The translations under genes and the position numbers were made by a program. DNA of 37,447 bases from Acidimicrobiia bacterium (GTDB lineage: Bacteria; Actinomycetota; Acidimicrobiia; Spongiisociales; JAHEDJ01). A model generated the notes under the pieces. It did not search any database, was not told where the DNA came from, and worked only from the letters and a program-made list of their open reading frames with translations. Below are positions 19,064 to 26,961 of this stretch, one piece after another (the first letter of the stretch is position 1; each line of letters opens with the position of its first letter). The stretch is from assembly GCA_029210695.1 (NCBI GenBank), contig JARGFH010000037.1, positions 1 to 37,447 on the forward strand, given 5' to 3'.

Positions 19064-19096
19064 TTAATACGCTTTGAGAGACCGAGTTGGAGTACA
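19064..19096 (-). promoter_or_regulatory. Putative autoregulatory ECF promoter, copy 3
   Basis: TGTACTCC-N16-GCGTATTAA, 3 nt before the GTG start. Confidence 0.78.
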
Positions 19097-19114
19097 AGGC
19101 CGCGGTCCTTTTCC

Positions 19115-19237
19115 CGTTCTTGCGTGGAGTGCTCTCGCAGACCGGGACGTTCCCACCACGATAAGGATTGCGCCGTTTCTCTCCTTTGCTCGTGCGTGGG
19201 TCGCTCCCGTGTATCGGGAGGAGCTAACGCAAGAACG
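19115..19237. repeat. REP-like palindromic repeats (TTCTTGCGTG...ACGCAAGAA family) between cassettes
   Basis: Two units here, a half unit at about 22342-22366 and a degenerate unit at about 16270-16316. Confidence 0.6.
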
Positions 19238-19245
19238 GATTGGAG

Positions 19246-19277
19246 GGTGGGCAGGGTCCCCCTTTCCCTGCCCCACC
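19246..19277 (-). terminator. GC-rich hairpin after cassette 2
   Basis: GGTGGGCAGGG-TCCCCCTTT-CCCTGCCCCACC. Confidence 0.55.
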
Positions 19278-19296
19278 TAGTGGTCCGGTGCTCTGT

Positions 19297-20031
19297 CTAG
19301 GGGCTAGTTGGTGGCGACATGACCTGCGGCGGGTCCAGGACAATGTCGACCATCGTTCCCTTCTTGATCCGGAAGTTCACCTGCAGGTGCAAAGGCTTCC
19401 CGTTCGGGTCGGCCCGCATTCCCTTGATCGGATCCTGCGGATAGCACCAGTGTTGGCCGCCGAGGCTCCAGTAGGTCTCGTTCTCGTAAGGCGCGTAATC
19501 CGGGTAGATGTCGTCGGGATCCCAGTCGGCATCCCTCGGCAGGTATCCGTAGGCGAGGTCGAAGGTTGCCGTGTAGCTCGCACCGGTCTGGTCGGCCCAC
19601 TCCTGTTTCAGCACACAGATGTCGCCGGGCGACGCATCACGAACGAACACCACCAGGTTCGAGATGGCGCCGCCAAGGGGCGTGACCGTCACCGTGCCAA
19701 TCTCAGTCTCGCTCGGCGCCGGCGTCCAGAGGCATTCGAACCTGGTCGCGCCTGAACCGTTGATGCCAGATAGCACGTCTGTTGTGCAGGCTTGTACTTC
19801 GGAAGGCTGGGGCGCCGTTGTCGTCGTGCTGGAGCAACTGGGGTGATCAGGTCTGTAGTCGGGCGATTCTGGATTGCAGAAATCCGGGGGAGCGGCTGCC
19901 GCGACGGCTGCGAGCGTCAGCACCAACGCTAATACCAGCACCATTCCCGTGGTGAATCGCCATCTGCTTCCTATATCTGAGACCCTGACGGGCTTTGCCT
20001 TGTGCGGTTCTTTGGCTGATGCGTGTTTCAT
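19297..20031 (-). CDS. Secreted hypothetical protein, cassette 2
   Basis: GGAGA RBS, hydrophobic signal ending AAAA-PP, six Cys, paralog of 16372-16956. Confidence 0.85.
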   Translation of the reverse strand: MKHASAKEPHKAKPVRVSDIGSRWRFTTGMVLVLALVLTLAAVAAAAPPDFCNPESPDYRPDHPSCSSTTTTAPQPSEVQACTTDVLSGINGSGATRFECLWTPAPSETEIGTVTVTPLGGAISNLVVFVRDASPGDICVLKQEWADQTGASYTATFDLAYGYLPRDADWDPDDIYPDYAPYENETYWSLGGQHWCYPQDPIKGMRADPNGKPLHLQVNFRIKKGTMVDIVLDPPQVMSPPTSP

Positions 20032-20040
20032 GAATTCTCC

Positions 20041-21663
20041 CTAGTTCGATGTGTTTCCGATCCAGACGGCGGCATCGCTTCCGCTGTATCCCACAGCCAG
20101 CAGGCGGCCCCCGCCGGCATCGATAACGTCGGTCATGGCTGTTTCTACGAGTAACTGGCCAACCACCAGGTCATGTTCGAAGTGCCACTCCGAGTTGATG
20201 GAGGACACGAACGCGGTGTCTCGATCCCAACCAACGGCCACAACCCCGCTCTCGGTCTCGAGGAGCGCCTTCACCGGGTCGTGTTTGAGGTTGGCAGTGT
20301 TGAAGAACACCTTTGGCTGGGCTCGAGCAAAGGGCGCTGTGTCGTCCCAAACCCGGGTCCAAGCCAGACCGTTGTCCGAAGTCCAGAGGGCCATTCGGGT
20401 TGGTGAAGTACCTGCGGCGATGAGGCCCGTCTCGGTGGTCGTCACCGTCCAGATGAAGTACGGCTCGGACTCGGCGAGATCGTCGCTTTGCTCGATCAGG
20501 CCGCCAAACACCGATGGGTCACTGGGGAGTCGTGTCCATTCGTATCCGTCCTCAGACACCCATACGGCTCCCCGCATGATTCCTTCTCCGGTTTCAGCTT
20601 GGTTGAGGTCGGTCCCGACAGCTATGAATCGTTCGCCCGTGTATGTGACATCGTGCATCCATTTGCTTGATGGGCCCCCGAACACATCTTCGTCGTGAGC
20701 GATCCGTTGCCACTCGATCCCGTCCGTTGAGACCCATACCGCCGCATCGCTGTGAGCCGAGCCAACCGCCACGATCAACCCGTTGCCCACGGTGACGGCT
20801 TCCATCGCCTGGTCACCGGCATCAGGGGATGAACCGTCGCTTGGCCCGCTGAAGACTCCACTCGGATCGGCCACCCTATTCCAGGTCAATCCATCGGCAG
20901 ATGTCCAGACCGCGGCATCCAGGTCGTCGCGTCCATACTCCTGATCGAAGCCGTAGATGGCGGAGAACGCATCCGGTCGGAATTCCTGTTGCGATCTACG
21001 AAAACCAAAATATGCCTGGTCGACGATTCCAACGGCGACGAGACCGGGTCCGGCCTCCACAACGTCGATGATGTCCTGGCTGCCGGGCCCACCGAATACC
21101 GCTTCGTCATGTGGAACCCTGGACCAGTCTGTACCGTCTTCTGAGATCCACACTGCTGCATCCCAACCATCCTCCGGGGTTGGTTCGCATGGCCCGGCGC
21201 AGTCGGTGCCGACGGCGACGAACCGGGAATCGAAAGCAATGACCGACTCGATGTGTTGTGTACCCGTGGTTCCCAAGTCGCCATTTGTGTCGGATATCCG
21301 CTCCCAGTCGACCGTGGCCCAGCTGATGGCCGGTTCCGCCGTCGCGATTACAGCGGTGGTGACAGTTTCTACTTCGGGCTCTGCTGGGACTGACTGTTCG
21401 GGCGATGGGGAAGGAGCGGTCGTCGGAGCAGGCGCCGGCGTCGTCTCGTCCACGAATGGAGCCTCTTCTCCGCCGAGAGGTGCGAGGAGCGCGGCTAGTC
21501 CGATGATGATCACCAGCGCGGCCGCCGCTGCCATGGCAAGGGCCCAACCTCTGCGCCTCGGAGCCAACCGGCGACGATCAGGTTCGAGGACAGGGACCCG
21601 GAGAGTTGATCCGAAATCATGCATCTCGTCGACGGCCGGACGAAGTCGTTGATCGAGCGTCAT
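20041..21663 (-). CDS. Single-pass Asp-box propeller protein, putative anti-sigma/sensor, cassette 2
   Basis: MTLDQRL start ATGA-coupled to the sigma gene, TM helix, repeated AAVWxSxDGxxW-R(V/I)xxDxxVFGG. Confidence 0.82.
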   Translation of the reverse strand: MTLDQRLRPAVDEMHDFGSTLRVPVLEPDRRRLAPRRRGWALAMAAAAALVIIIGLAALLAPLGGEEAPFVDETTPAPAPTTAPSPSPEQSVPAEPEVETVTTAVIATAEPAISWATVDWERISDTNGDLGTTGTQHIESVIAFDSRFVAVGTDCAGPCEPTPEDGWDAAVWISEDGTDWSRVPHDEAVFGGPGSQDIIDVVEAGPGLVAVGIVDQAYFGFRRSQQEFRPDAFSAIYGFDQEYGRDDLDAAVWTSADGLTWNRVADPSGVFSGPSDGSSPDAGDQAMEAVTVGNGLIVAVGSAHSDAAVWVSTDGIEWQRIAHDEDVFGGPSSKWMHDVTYTGERFIAVGTDLNQAETGEGIMRGAVWVSEDGYEWTRLPSDPSVFGGLIEQSDDLAESEPYFIWTVTTTETGLIAAGTSPTRMALWTSDNGLAWTRVWDDTAPFARAQPKVFFNTANLKHDPVKALLETESGVVAVGWDRDTAFVSSINSEWHFEHDLVVGQLLVETAMTDVIDAGGGRLLAVGYSGSDAAVWIGNTSN

Positions 21664-22190
21664 GACGTCCCCCCTTCTGTTCCCAGGCACTCGGCAAGAG
21701 TTGCCCTACCTCGCTGCAGGTGGGTCTTCACCGTGAAGGGTGAGCATTCAAGTATTTCGCCGATCTGCTGGATTGATAGGTCTTCTAGATAGGTGAGGGC
21801 GATGACCTGTGCCTGGCGCTTCGGGAGGCGGCGGACCGCCGCCCATACCTCGACAGACTCCGCCGAAAGTTGCGGGGGAGGTGCCGGTGCCTTGTGTTGC
21901 AGTCGGAGAAGAGCGCGGCTTTCCGCTCCGGTTCGGCGGAGTCTCGACACCGACTTGTTGGCGACCACCCTGCGCACCCAGGCGGCGGGAGAGTCGTACC
22001 CCGAGATCTTCTGCCAGTCACGCTGAGCGGCAATGAACGCATCCTGGGCAAGATCCTCGGCAGCCCACCGGTCGCCGGTCAAGGCACAGGCAAACTCGAC
22101 GACGGGCCGGTACTCCCGTTCATAGAACTCCGCGAACGGCGCCGCTTCGAGCGTTCGTATCTCCTGTGAGGCTTCGGCCTCGCGTCCCAT
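21660..22190 (-). CDS. ECF RNA polymerase sigma factor, cassette 2
   Basis: AEDLAQDAF, AWVRRVVAN, LPKRQAQV, TVKTHLQRG. GGAGG 6 nt before ATG 22190 (GTG 22196 is an alternative). Confidence 0.93.
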   Translation of the reverse strand: MGREAEASQEIRTLEAAPFAEFYEREYRPVVEFACALTGDRWAAEDLAQDAFIAAQRDWQKISGYDSPAAWVRRVVANKSVSRLRRTGAESRALLRLQHKAPAPPPQLSAESVEVWAAVRRLPKRQAQVIALTYLEDLSIQQIGEILECSPFTVKTHLQRGRATLAECLGTEGGTS

Positions 22191-22205
22191 CTGCACCCTC
22201 CACCC

Positions 22206-22238
22206 TTAACTCGCACCAGAGGCCGATGCTGGAGTACA
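22206..22238 (-). promoter_or_regulatory. Putative autoregulatory ECF promoter, copy 2
   Basis: TGTACTCC-N16-GCGAGTTAA. Confidence 0.78.
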
Positions 22239-22385
22239 AGGTTGTTCCATGGTGGACGGAGCGGCCTACCGGGCACAGGGTCCAACGGCCCCAATCGCGC
22301 CCATTCCCCATAACCACCTCCGGGGTCACGCCCGTCGCGCACTCCGGGAGGAACTCACGCAAGAACAAGCAAGGGTGAGGTGGGG

Positions 22386-22985
22386 TCAGCCCGCCGGAGT
22401 GATTGTGGCGGTGAGAGTTCCCTCGGAGCTTCCAACCGGAATCCAGTCGTTGACGATCTCCTTGCCCTCCTTGGTGAAGAGAGTCACCGAGAAGGTTCCG
22501 GTTCCATAGGACTTCAGCGAGAACATCTCGAGCACCTCTTGAACAGGTCGCCCGTTCTTGGGATTGACCCCGAACTGCCAGTAGTAGTCGAACAGGAGGT
22601 TCACCAACGTGACCTCTCCGTCTCCGTCGACCTCGAGGATGAGCGTCCCGCCGAACGAGCCGTCGGGCACGTACGGGCCGATTCCGTGGCAGCCGCTGAA
22701 CGCAGCGGCCGATGCACCCCATCCGGCGTCGTAGTCGCGCTCCCATGGGACAGCGAGGTTCACTCCGACGACTACTTCGGGCGATAGGCCAGCTGACAAA
22801 GTGCCTGGAACCGTACCGGTCATGGGGATGGTGCCCTCCGTGGCGCACGTGGTGTTGAGAACTCCGCTCAGTTCGACCTCGAACCGATCCGGATTGCCCA
22901 GCGGTTTGCCCCCCTTGGCGGCCATCGCCGGCGTCGCGGCCAGCAGCATCATCAGCACCAGTGCGATCATCGCTATGCGTTTCAT
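22386..22985 (-). CDS. Secreted hypothetical protein, cassette 1
   Basis: Signal peptide MKRIAMIALVLMMLLAATPAMA-AKGGKP, AGGAG RBS overlapping the upstream stop. Confidence 0.85.
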   Translation of the reverse strand: MKRIAMIALVLMMLLAATPAMAAKGGKPLGNPDRFEVELSGVLNTTCATEGTIPMTGTVPGTLSAGLSPEVVVGVNLAVPWERDYDAGWGASAAAFSGCHGIGPYVPDGSFGGTLILEVDGDGEVTLVNLLFDYYWQFGVNPKNGRPVQEVLEMFSLKSYGTGTFSVTLFTKEGKEIVNDWIPVGSSEGTLTATITPAG

Positions 22986-22994
22986 ATCCGTCTC

Positions 22995-24410
22995 CTAGTA
23001 ATCCGTCGGGGTGCCGACCCATACCGCGGCGTCGCCGTTGCCCTCGAGGAGGCCTCGCTGGGCAAGGTTGTTGCCGAAACTGCCGCCGACGATTATGTGG
23101 TCTTCGAACTTCACGATTGAGAACGCTTCCGACTGGCGGGACTCCGATCTGGGGTTGCCGAACACGTCCTGATCCTCCCGTACCGTCCATGTGAACCCGC
23201 CGTCGGTCGATTCCCAGACGGTGGCGGCCGTTGCTAGGTATGCCTCTCGCGCACCTACGGCGACGATCGTGTCGTCGACGGCAATGATGTCGTGGACCTG
23301 GTCGGCTGCATACCCGTCGTTCTCTTCGTAGCCGCCCCTGAAGGTCCAGGTGAAGCCGTCCGTGGAGAACCAAACGAGTCGGCGGGATCCGGAACCCAGG
23401 GCGAAGTATCCATCTCCTGTCTCCGCCATGGCAGCGAACCTCCCCTGGAAGCTGGGTGCCGTCTCGACCCCGGCGGACTTCCAGTTCGTGCCGTCGGTCG
23501 AATACCAGGCGGCTTCTCGATACGCCCACTCATCATCGGGGCCGACGGCCCCGACTGCCAGGATGGCGGTTCCTGTGGCGATTGCATCGGAGACATACGA
23601 TCCCGGTACATTTGCCCGTGTCCACGAGCCTCCGTCGGGCGATGTCCAGATCGCCTCGCCAACGGCGAGGAAACCGGTAGGCGTGGCGATGATCCGTGCA
23701 TCGGACCGTAGGGGGCCCGACCCCAGGCGGAACGCGTCGCCGTCGTCGGGGACCCTGGCCCACGTCGATCCATAGTCGTCGCTGTACCAGAACGCCATGA
23801 CCTTCACGGCCGGGTCGATTTTGACATGCGATTCCCCAGGACGGTGCAGGACGTCGATTCCGATCGCGACCAGGCGCCCATTTCCTTCGGCGATGTCGAG
23901 GAGCCATCGCCGGGAGTCCTCGCCGTACGGGCTCTGTTCAGAACCGAAGGCGTCCGTTGCGTCATTGACGCGATGCCAGTCGAGACCGTCCTCCGACGCC
24001 CACACCGCAGGTGAGTATCGATCTTCACCAACCGCGATCAGTCCCGAGGACACGCCGCGAATCGAATAGATCTCCTGGTTCCCTTCACCGCCGAGGTCGG
24101 GGTCGGCGACACGAGTCCATGCGTATGGGGATCCGGCCGGGCTAGCCGGGGTTGTGCCGGGCGAAGTCGAGCCAGTCGGAGCGACGATGCCCGGCTCGTC
24201 GGCCACCGGAGCGTCGGGGCCGAACGGTGCAATAAGGGCGATGGCGATCAGGGATACGAGGCAGACGGCCGCGGTGGCGGCCGCGACGGCGAGTCTGTTC
24301 AGCCTCCGAGGAAGTCTCTCGAGGCCCGGTTTGGGGACGGCAAAGGCCGATCGGACGTGACGGTTGAGGTCCGAGGCGGCGGATTGCAGACGTTGCTCGA
24401 GCTTGGTCAT
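22995..24410 (-). CDS. Single-pass Asp-box propeller protein, putative anti-sigma/sensor, cassette 1
   Basis: MTKLEQRL start ATGA-coupled to the sigma gene with GAGGAGG RBS, TM helix, WxSxDGxxW repeats, ends DAAVWVG. Confidence 0.82.
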   Translation of the reverse strand: MTKLEQRLQSAASDLNRHVRSAFAVPKPGLERLPRRLNRLAVAAATAAVCLVSLIAIALIAPFGPDAPVADEPGIVAPTGSTSPGTTPASPAGSPYAWTRVADPDLGGEGNQEIYSIRGVSSGLIAVGEDRYSPAVWASEDGLDWHRVNDATDAFGSEQSPYGEDSRRWLLDIAEGNGRLVAIGIDVLHRPGESHVKIDPAVKVMAFWYSDDYGSTWARVPDDGDAFRLGSGPLRSDARIIATPTGFLAVGEAIWTSPDGGSWTRANVPGSYVSDAIATGTAILAVGAVGPDDEWAYREAAWYSTDGTNWKSAGVETAPSFQGRFAAMAETGDGYFALGSGSRRLVWFSTDGFTWTFRGGYEENDGYAADQVHDIIAVDDTIVAVGAREAYLATAATVWESTDGGFTWTVREDQDVFGNPRSESRQSEAFSIVKFEDHIIVGGSFGNNLAQRGLLEGNGDAAVWVGTPTDY

Positions 24411-24952
24411 GCTTCCTCCTCGACGAGTTGCAGCTTCTGAGCGAGCGATTGTTTGGCTCTCTGGAGATGGGTCTTGGCGGTAGTGCCTCGGCAGCCGAGT
24501 ATTTCGGCGACCTCGGGAATCGTGTACCCCTCGAGATAAGTCAGCGCAACGACCTGGGCTTGCCGCCTGGGAAGTGACCGAACGGCCTCCCACAGTTCGA
24601 CTGTCTCGGCACTCAGTGCATTGCCGCGCTCACCGCGAGGCTCGGCGGCGAGACGGATCACCGCGTTCGTTTCAGAGTGGCGGCGCCGGATCCGTGAAAT
24701 CGATCGGTTGGTGACCACCCGCCGAAGCCAGGCATGCGGGGCGTCGTACTGTGCAATGCGATCCCAGCGTTTCTGTGCGGTGATGAAGGCTTCCTGGGTG
24801 ATGTCCTCGGCAGCAGCTCGGTCCCCGGTGATCGCGAACGCCAGTGCAACCGCCGGGTGATACTGCGAGCGATAGAACTCACCGAACGATTCGACCTCAG
24901 CCGATGCCCTCACTGTTATCCCCACATCGACGCCTTCGAAGGATGTCATCAC
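24407..24952 (-). CDS. ECF RNA polymerase sigma factor, cassette 1
   Basis: AEDITQEAF, AWLRRVVTN, LPRRQAQV, TAKTHLQRA. Confidence 0.93.
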   Translation of the reverse strand: MMTSFEGVDVGITVRASAEVESFGEFYRSQYHPAVALAFAITGDRAAAEDITQEAFITAQKRWDRIAQYDAPHAWLRRVVTNRSISRIRRRHSETNAVIRLAAEPRGERGNALSAETVELWEAVRSLPRRQAQVVALTYLEGYTIPEVAEILGCRGTTAKTHLQRAKQSLAQKLQLVEEEA

Positions 24953-24955
24953 CAG

Positions 24956-24988
24956 TTAACACGCCCGAACGCCCTGAAGAGGAGGACA
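24956..24988 (-). promoter_or_regulatory. Putative autoregulatory ECF promoter, copy 1
   Basis: TGTCCTCC-N16-GCGTGTTAA, 3 nt before the GTG start. Confidence 0.75.
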
Positions 24989-25038
24989 GCGTCCCGCTGC
25001 GTGCAGCACGGAAGTTGGCGGTCCCGCATCACACCGGC

Positions 25039-25192
25039 AAACCTGCCCCCCTCCCCGAGAAGACTCGGGACTCCCCCCACTTCGTGGTGGGAGAACGGGG
25101 TATACGACGTGGTCTCGTATCGAACGAGGGTTGGCTTTTGCGTTTCTCCCTCGCGGAGCGGGGGAGATGCTGAGTCTTCGAAGCAGAGGGGA
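25039..25192. repeat. REP/REPIN-like element, copy 2 (direct repeat of 15281-15428)
   Basis: Identical 34-nt and 30-nt blocks with a different internal spacer. Confidence 0.85.
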
Positions 25193-25224
25193 CCCCGGCG
25201 ACGGTCCGCCTGGTGGTAGTCGCG

Positions 25225-26325
25225 CTAGCTGCTTGCCTGCCCGGCTATACCCGCCAGCAACTCCCGGTACGACACGGCGAACTTCTCGACACCTTCGTCT
25301 TCGAGAACCTGGACCACGTCGTCGTAGTCGACACCGGCTACCGCCAGATGGTCGAGGGTGGCCCGGGCGGCGGTGATCTCCTCTGCTCCGAACGGCGTTG
25401 GGTCGGGATCGCCGTGGTCGCGATAGGCGTCGATTGTGGCCAGCGGCATCGTGTTCACAGAGTCGCCGACGATGAGCGGCTCAACATAGAGCAGGTCGTC
25501 GTAGTCGGGGTTCTTGGTGCTGGTGCTGGCCCACAGGGGGCGCTGCAGCTGGGCTCCGGCTGCGGCGAGCGCCTCCCAGCGCTCACCGGCAAACGTATCC
25601 AGAAACGCACCATATGCGGCTTGAGCGTTGGCCACGGCAGTCTTCCCGCGTAGTGCCAGAGCGGCGTTCGTCCCCAGGGCCGTAAGGCGGTTGTCCACCT
25701 CGCTGTCGAATCTCGACACGAAGAACGACGCCACCGAGGCAACCGGCCCCGGGTCGCCGCCGGACGCGAGCTGGCGCTCAATGCCGGTCAGGTAGGCATC
25801 CATCACCGCGAGGTAGCGATCCAGGGAGAAGATCAGGGTTACATTGACCGAGATGCCCTCAGAGATCAGCTGCTCTATGGCGGGCAGTCCGGCTTTCGTG
25901 GCCGGAACTTTGATCAGCAGGTTCTGCCGATCGACCCTCTGCCACCAGGCGCGGGCGTCTGCAATGGTGCCTTCGGTGTCGTGGGCGAGTTCGGGGGAGA
26001 CCTCGACGGAGACGTGCCCGTCTTGCTTGCCGCCCTTCGCCCATATGGGTAGGAGAACATCGCAGGCATCCTGGATATCGCGCTTCACCAACTCCGCGTA
26101 TATGGCCTCTATGCCGGCTCCGCCGGCGGCGAGCTGCGAGACGGCACCGTCGTAATCCGAAGATCCGGTGATGGCGTTGGCGAAAATCGTCGGGTTCGAC
26201 GTGACGCCGCTGATCCCGTCTTCGTCGATCAGTCGCCTGAGCTCGCCATTGTCGAGCATCGACCTGGAAACCTGATCCGACCAGACGCTTTGTTTCAGTG
26301 CAGAGATGGCATGAAGAGTGGACAT
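25225..26325 (-). CDS. tal: Transaldolase
   Basis: GVTSNPTIF, VSVEVSP, IKVPAT, NVTLIFS, ASFFVSR, RPLWAST. Confidence 0.96.
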   Translation of the reverse strand: MSTLHAISALKQSVWSDQVSRSMLDNGELRRLIDEDGISGVTSNPTIFANAITGSSDYDGAVSQLAAGGAGIEAIYAELVKRDIQDACDVLLPIWAKGGKQDGHVSVEVSPELAHDTEGTIADARAWWQRVDRQNLLIKVPATKAGLPAIEQLISEGISVNVTLIFSLDRYLAVMDAYLTGIERQLASGGDPGPVASVASFFVSRFDSEVDNRLTALGTNAALALRGKTAVANAQAAYGAFLDTFAGERWEALAAAGAQLQRPLWASTSTKNPDYDDLLYVEPLIVGDSVNTMPLATIDAYRDHGDPDPTPFGAEEITAARATLDHLAVAGVDYDDVVQVLEDEGVEKFAVSYRELLAGIAGQASS

Positions 26326-26338
26326 GGGCCAAAGATAT

Positions 26339-26405
26339 CAGTTCTGAGTTCTGAGTTCTGAGTTCTGGGTTGTCGCGGGGCCAATTGCCAATCGCCAATT
26401 GCCAA
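26339..26405. repeat. Short heptamer tandem repeats (AGTTCTG x4; CCAATTG-like x3) in a divergent promoter region
   Basis: Direct reading. Confidence 0.85.
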
Positions 26406-26485
26406 ACGTCAATTGACCTGATTGGCGACAAGTAGGCTTCGATCCCAAACACCCGGCCCCATCTACAGGAGCTATCCTCCGCCCC

Positions 26486-26878
26486 ATGCCACGGAGGATC
26501 CTGATCGCCAAACCCGGCCTCGACGGCCACGATCGGGGTGCCAAGGTCATCGCCAGAGCATTGCGGGATGCCGGTCACGAGGTGATCTACTCGGGTCTCC
26601 ACCAGACACCCGACCAGATCGTCGAGACGGCCATTCAGGAGGACGTCGACGCGATCGGCCTCTCCGTTCTCTCCGGCGCGCACATGACCCTGTTTCCCAA
26701 GGTCGTGGAGGCCCTCCGCCGGCGAGACGTCGATGACATCGTCGTGTTTGGCGGTGGAATCGTACCGGATGACGATATCCCCAAGCTCAAAGAAGCGGGT
26801 TTGGCGGAGATCTTCACCCCGGGGGCTCCGCTCTCGGAGATCACCGACTGGGTGTCAAACAACATCCCCGAACGCTGA
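26486..26878 (+). CDS. Cobalamin-binding small subunit of an acyl-CoA (methylmalonyl-CoA-type) mutase
   Basis: [11 protein letters not shown] (DxHxxG), [19 protein letters not shown]. Confidence 0.93.
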   Translation: MPRRILIAKPGLDGHDRGAKVIARALRDAGHEVIYSGLHQTPDQIVETAIQEDVDAIGLSVLSGAHMTLFPKVVEALRRRDVDDIVVFGGGIVPDDDIPKLKEAGLAEIFTPGAPLSEITDWVSNNIPER

Positions 26879-26961
26879 GTGAGCCACCTCGAAATGAGCA
26901 GCATGCGGATCAACGCGCGTCGTGAAAGTGGCGTCCACTCGAGCCGGAGACTGGAACGGAT

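Noticed and set aside
22120..23529. 469-aa minus-strand ORF, and other long shadow ORFs such as 32371-33633 and 33384-34349
   Set aside because: Alternative-frame or antisense shadows of well-supported genes, typical of high-GC DNA
17106..24410. Calling the propeller proteins sialidases
   Set aside because: Asp-boxes are structural. I see no RIP motif, and coupling to sigma genes favours a regulatory role.
16372..24952. Integron cassette array or diversity-generating retroelement as the source of the repeated cassettes
   Set aside because: No integrase, attC-like sites, reverse transcriptase or near-identical template/variable repeat pair is visible
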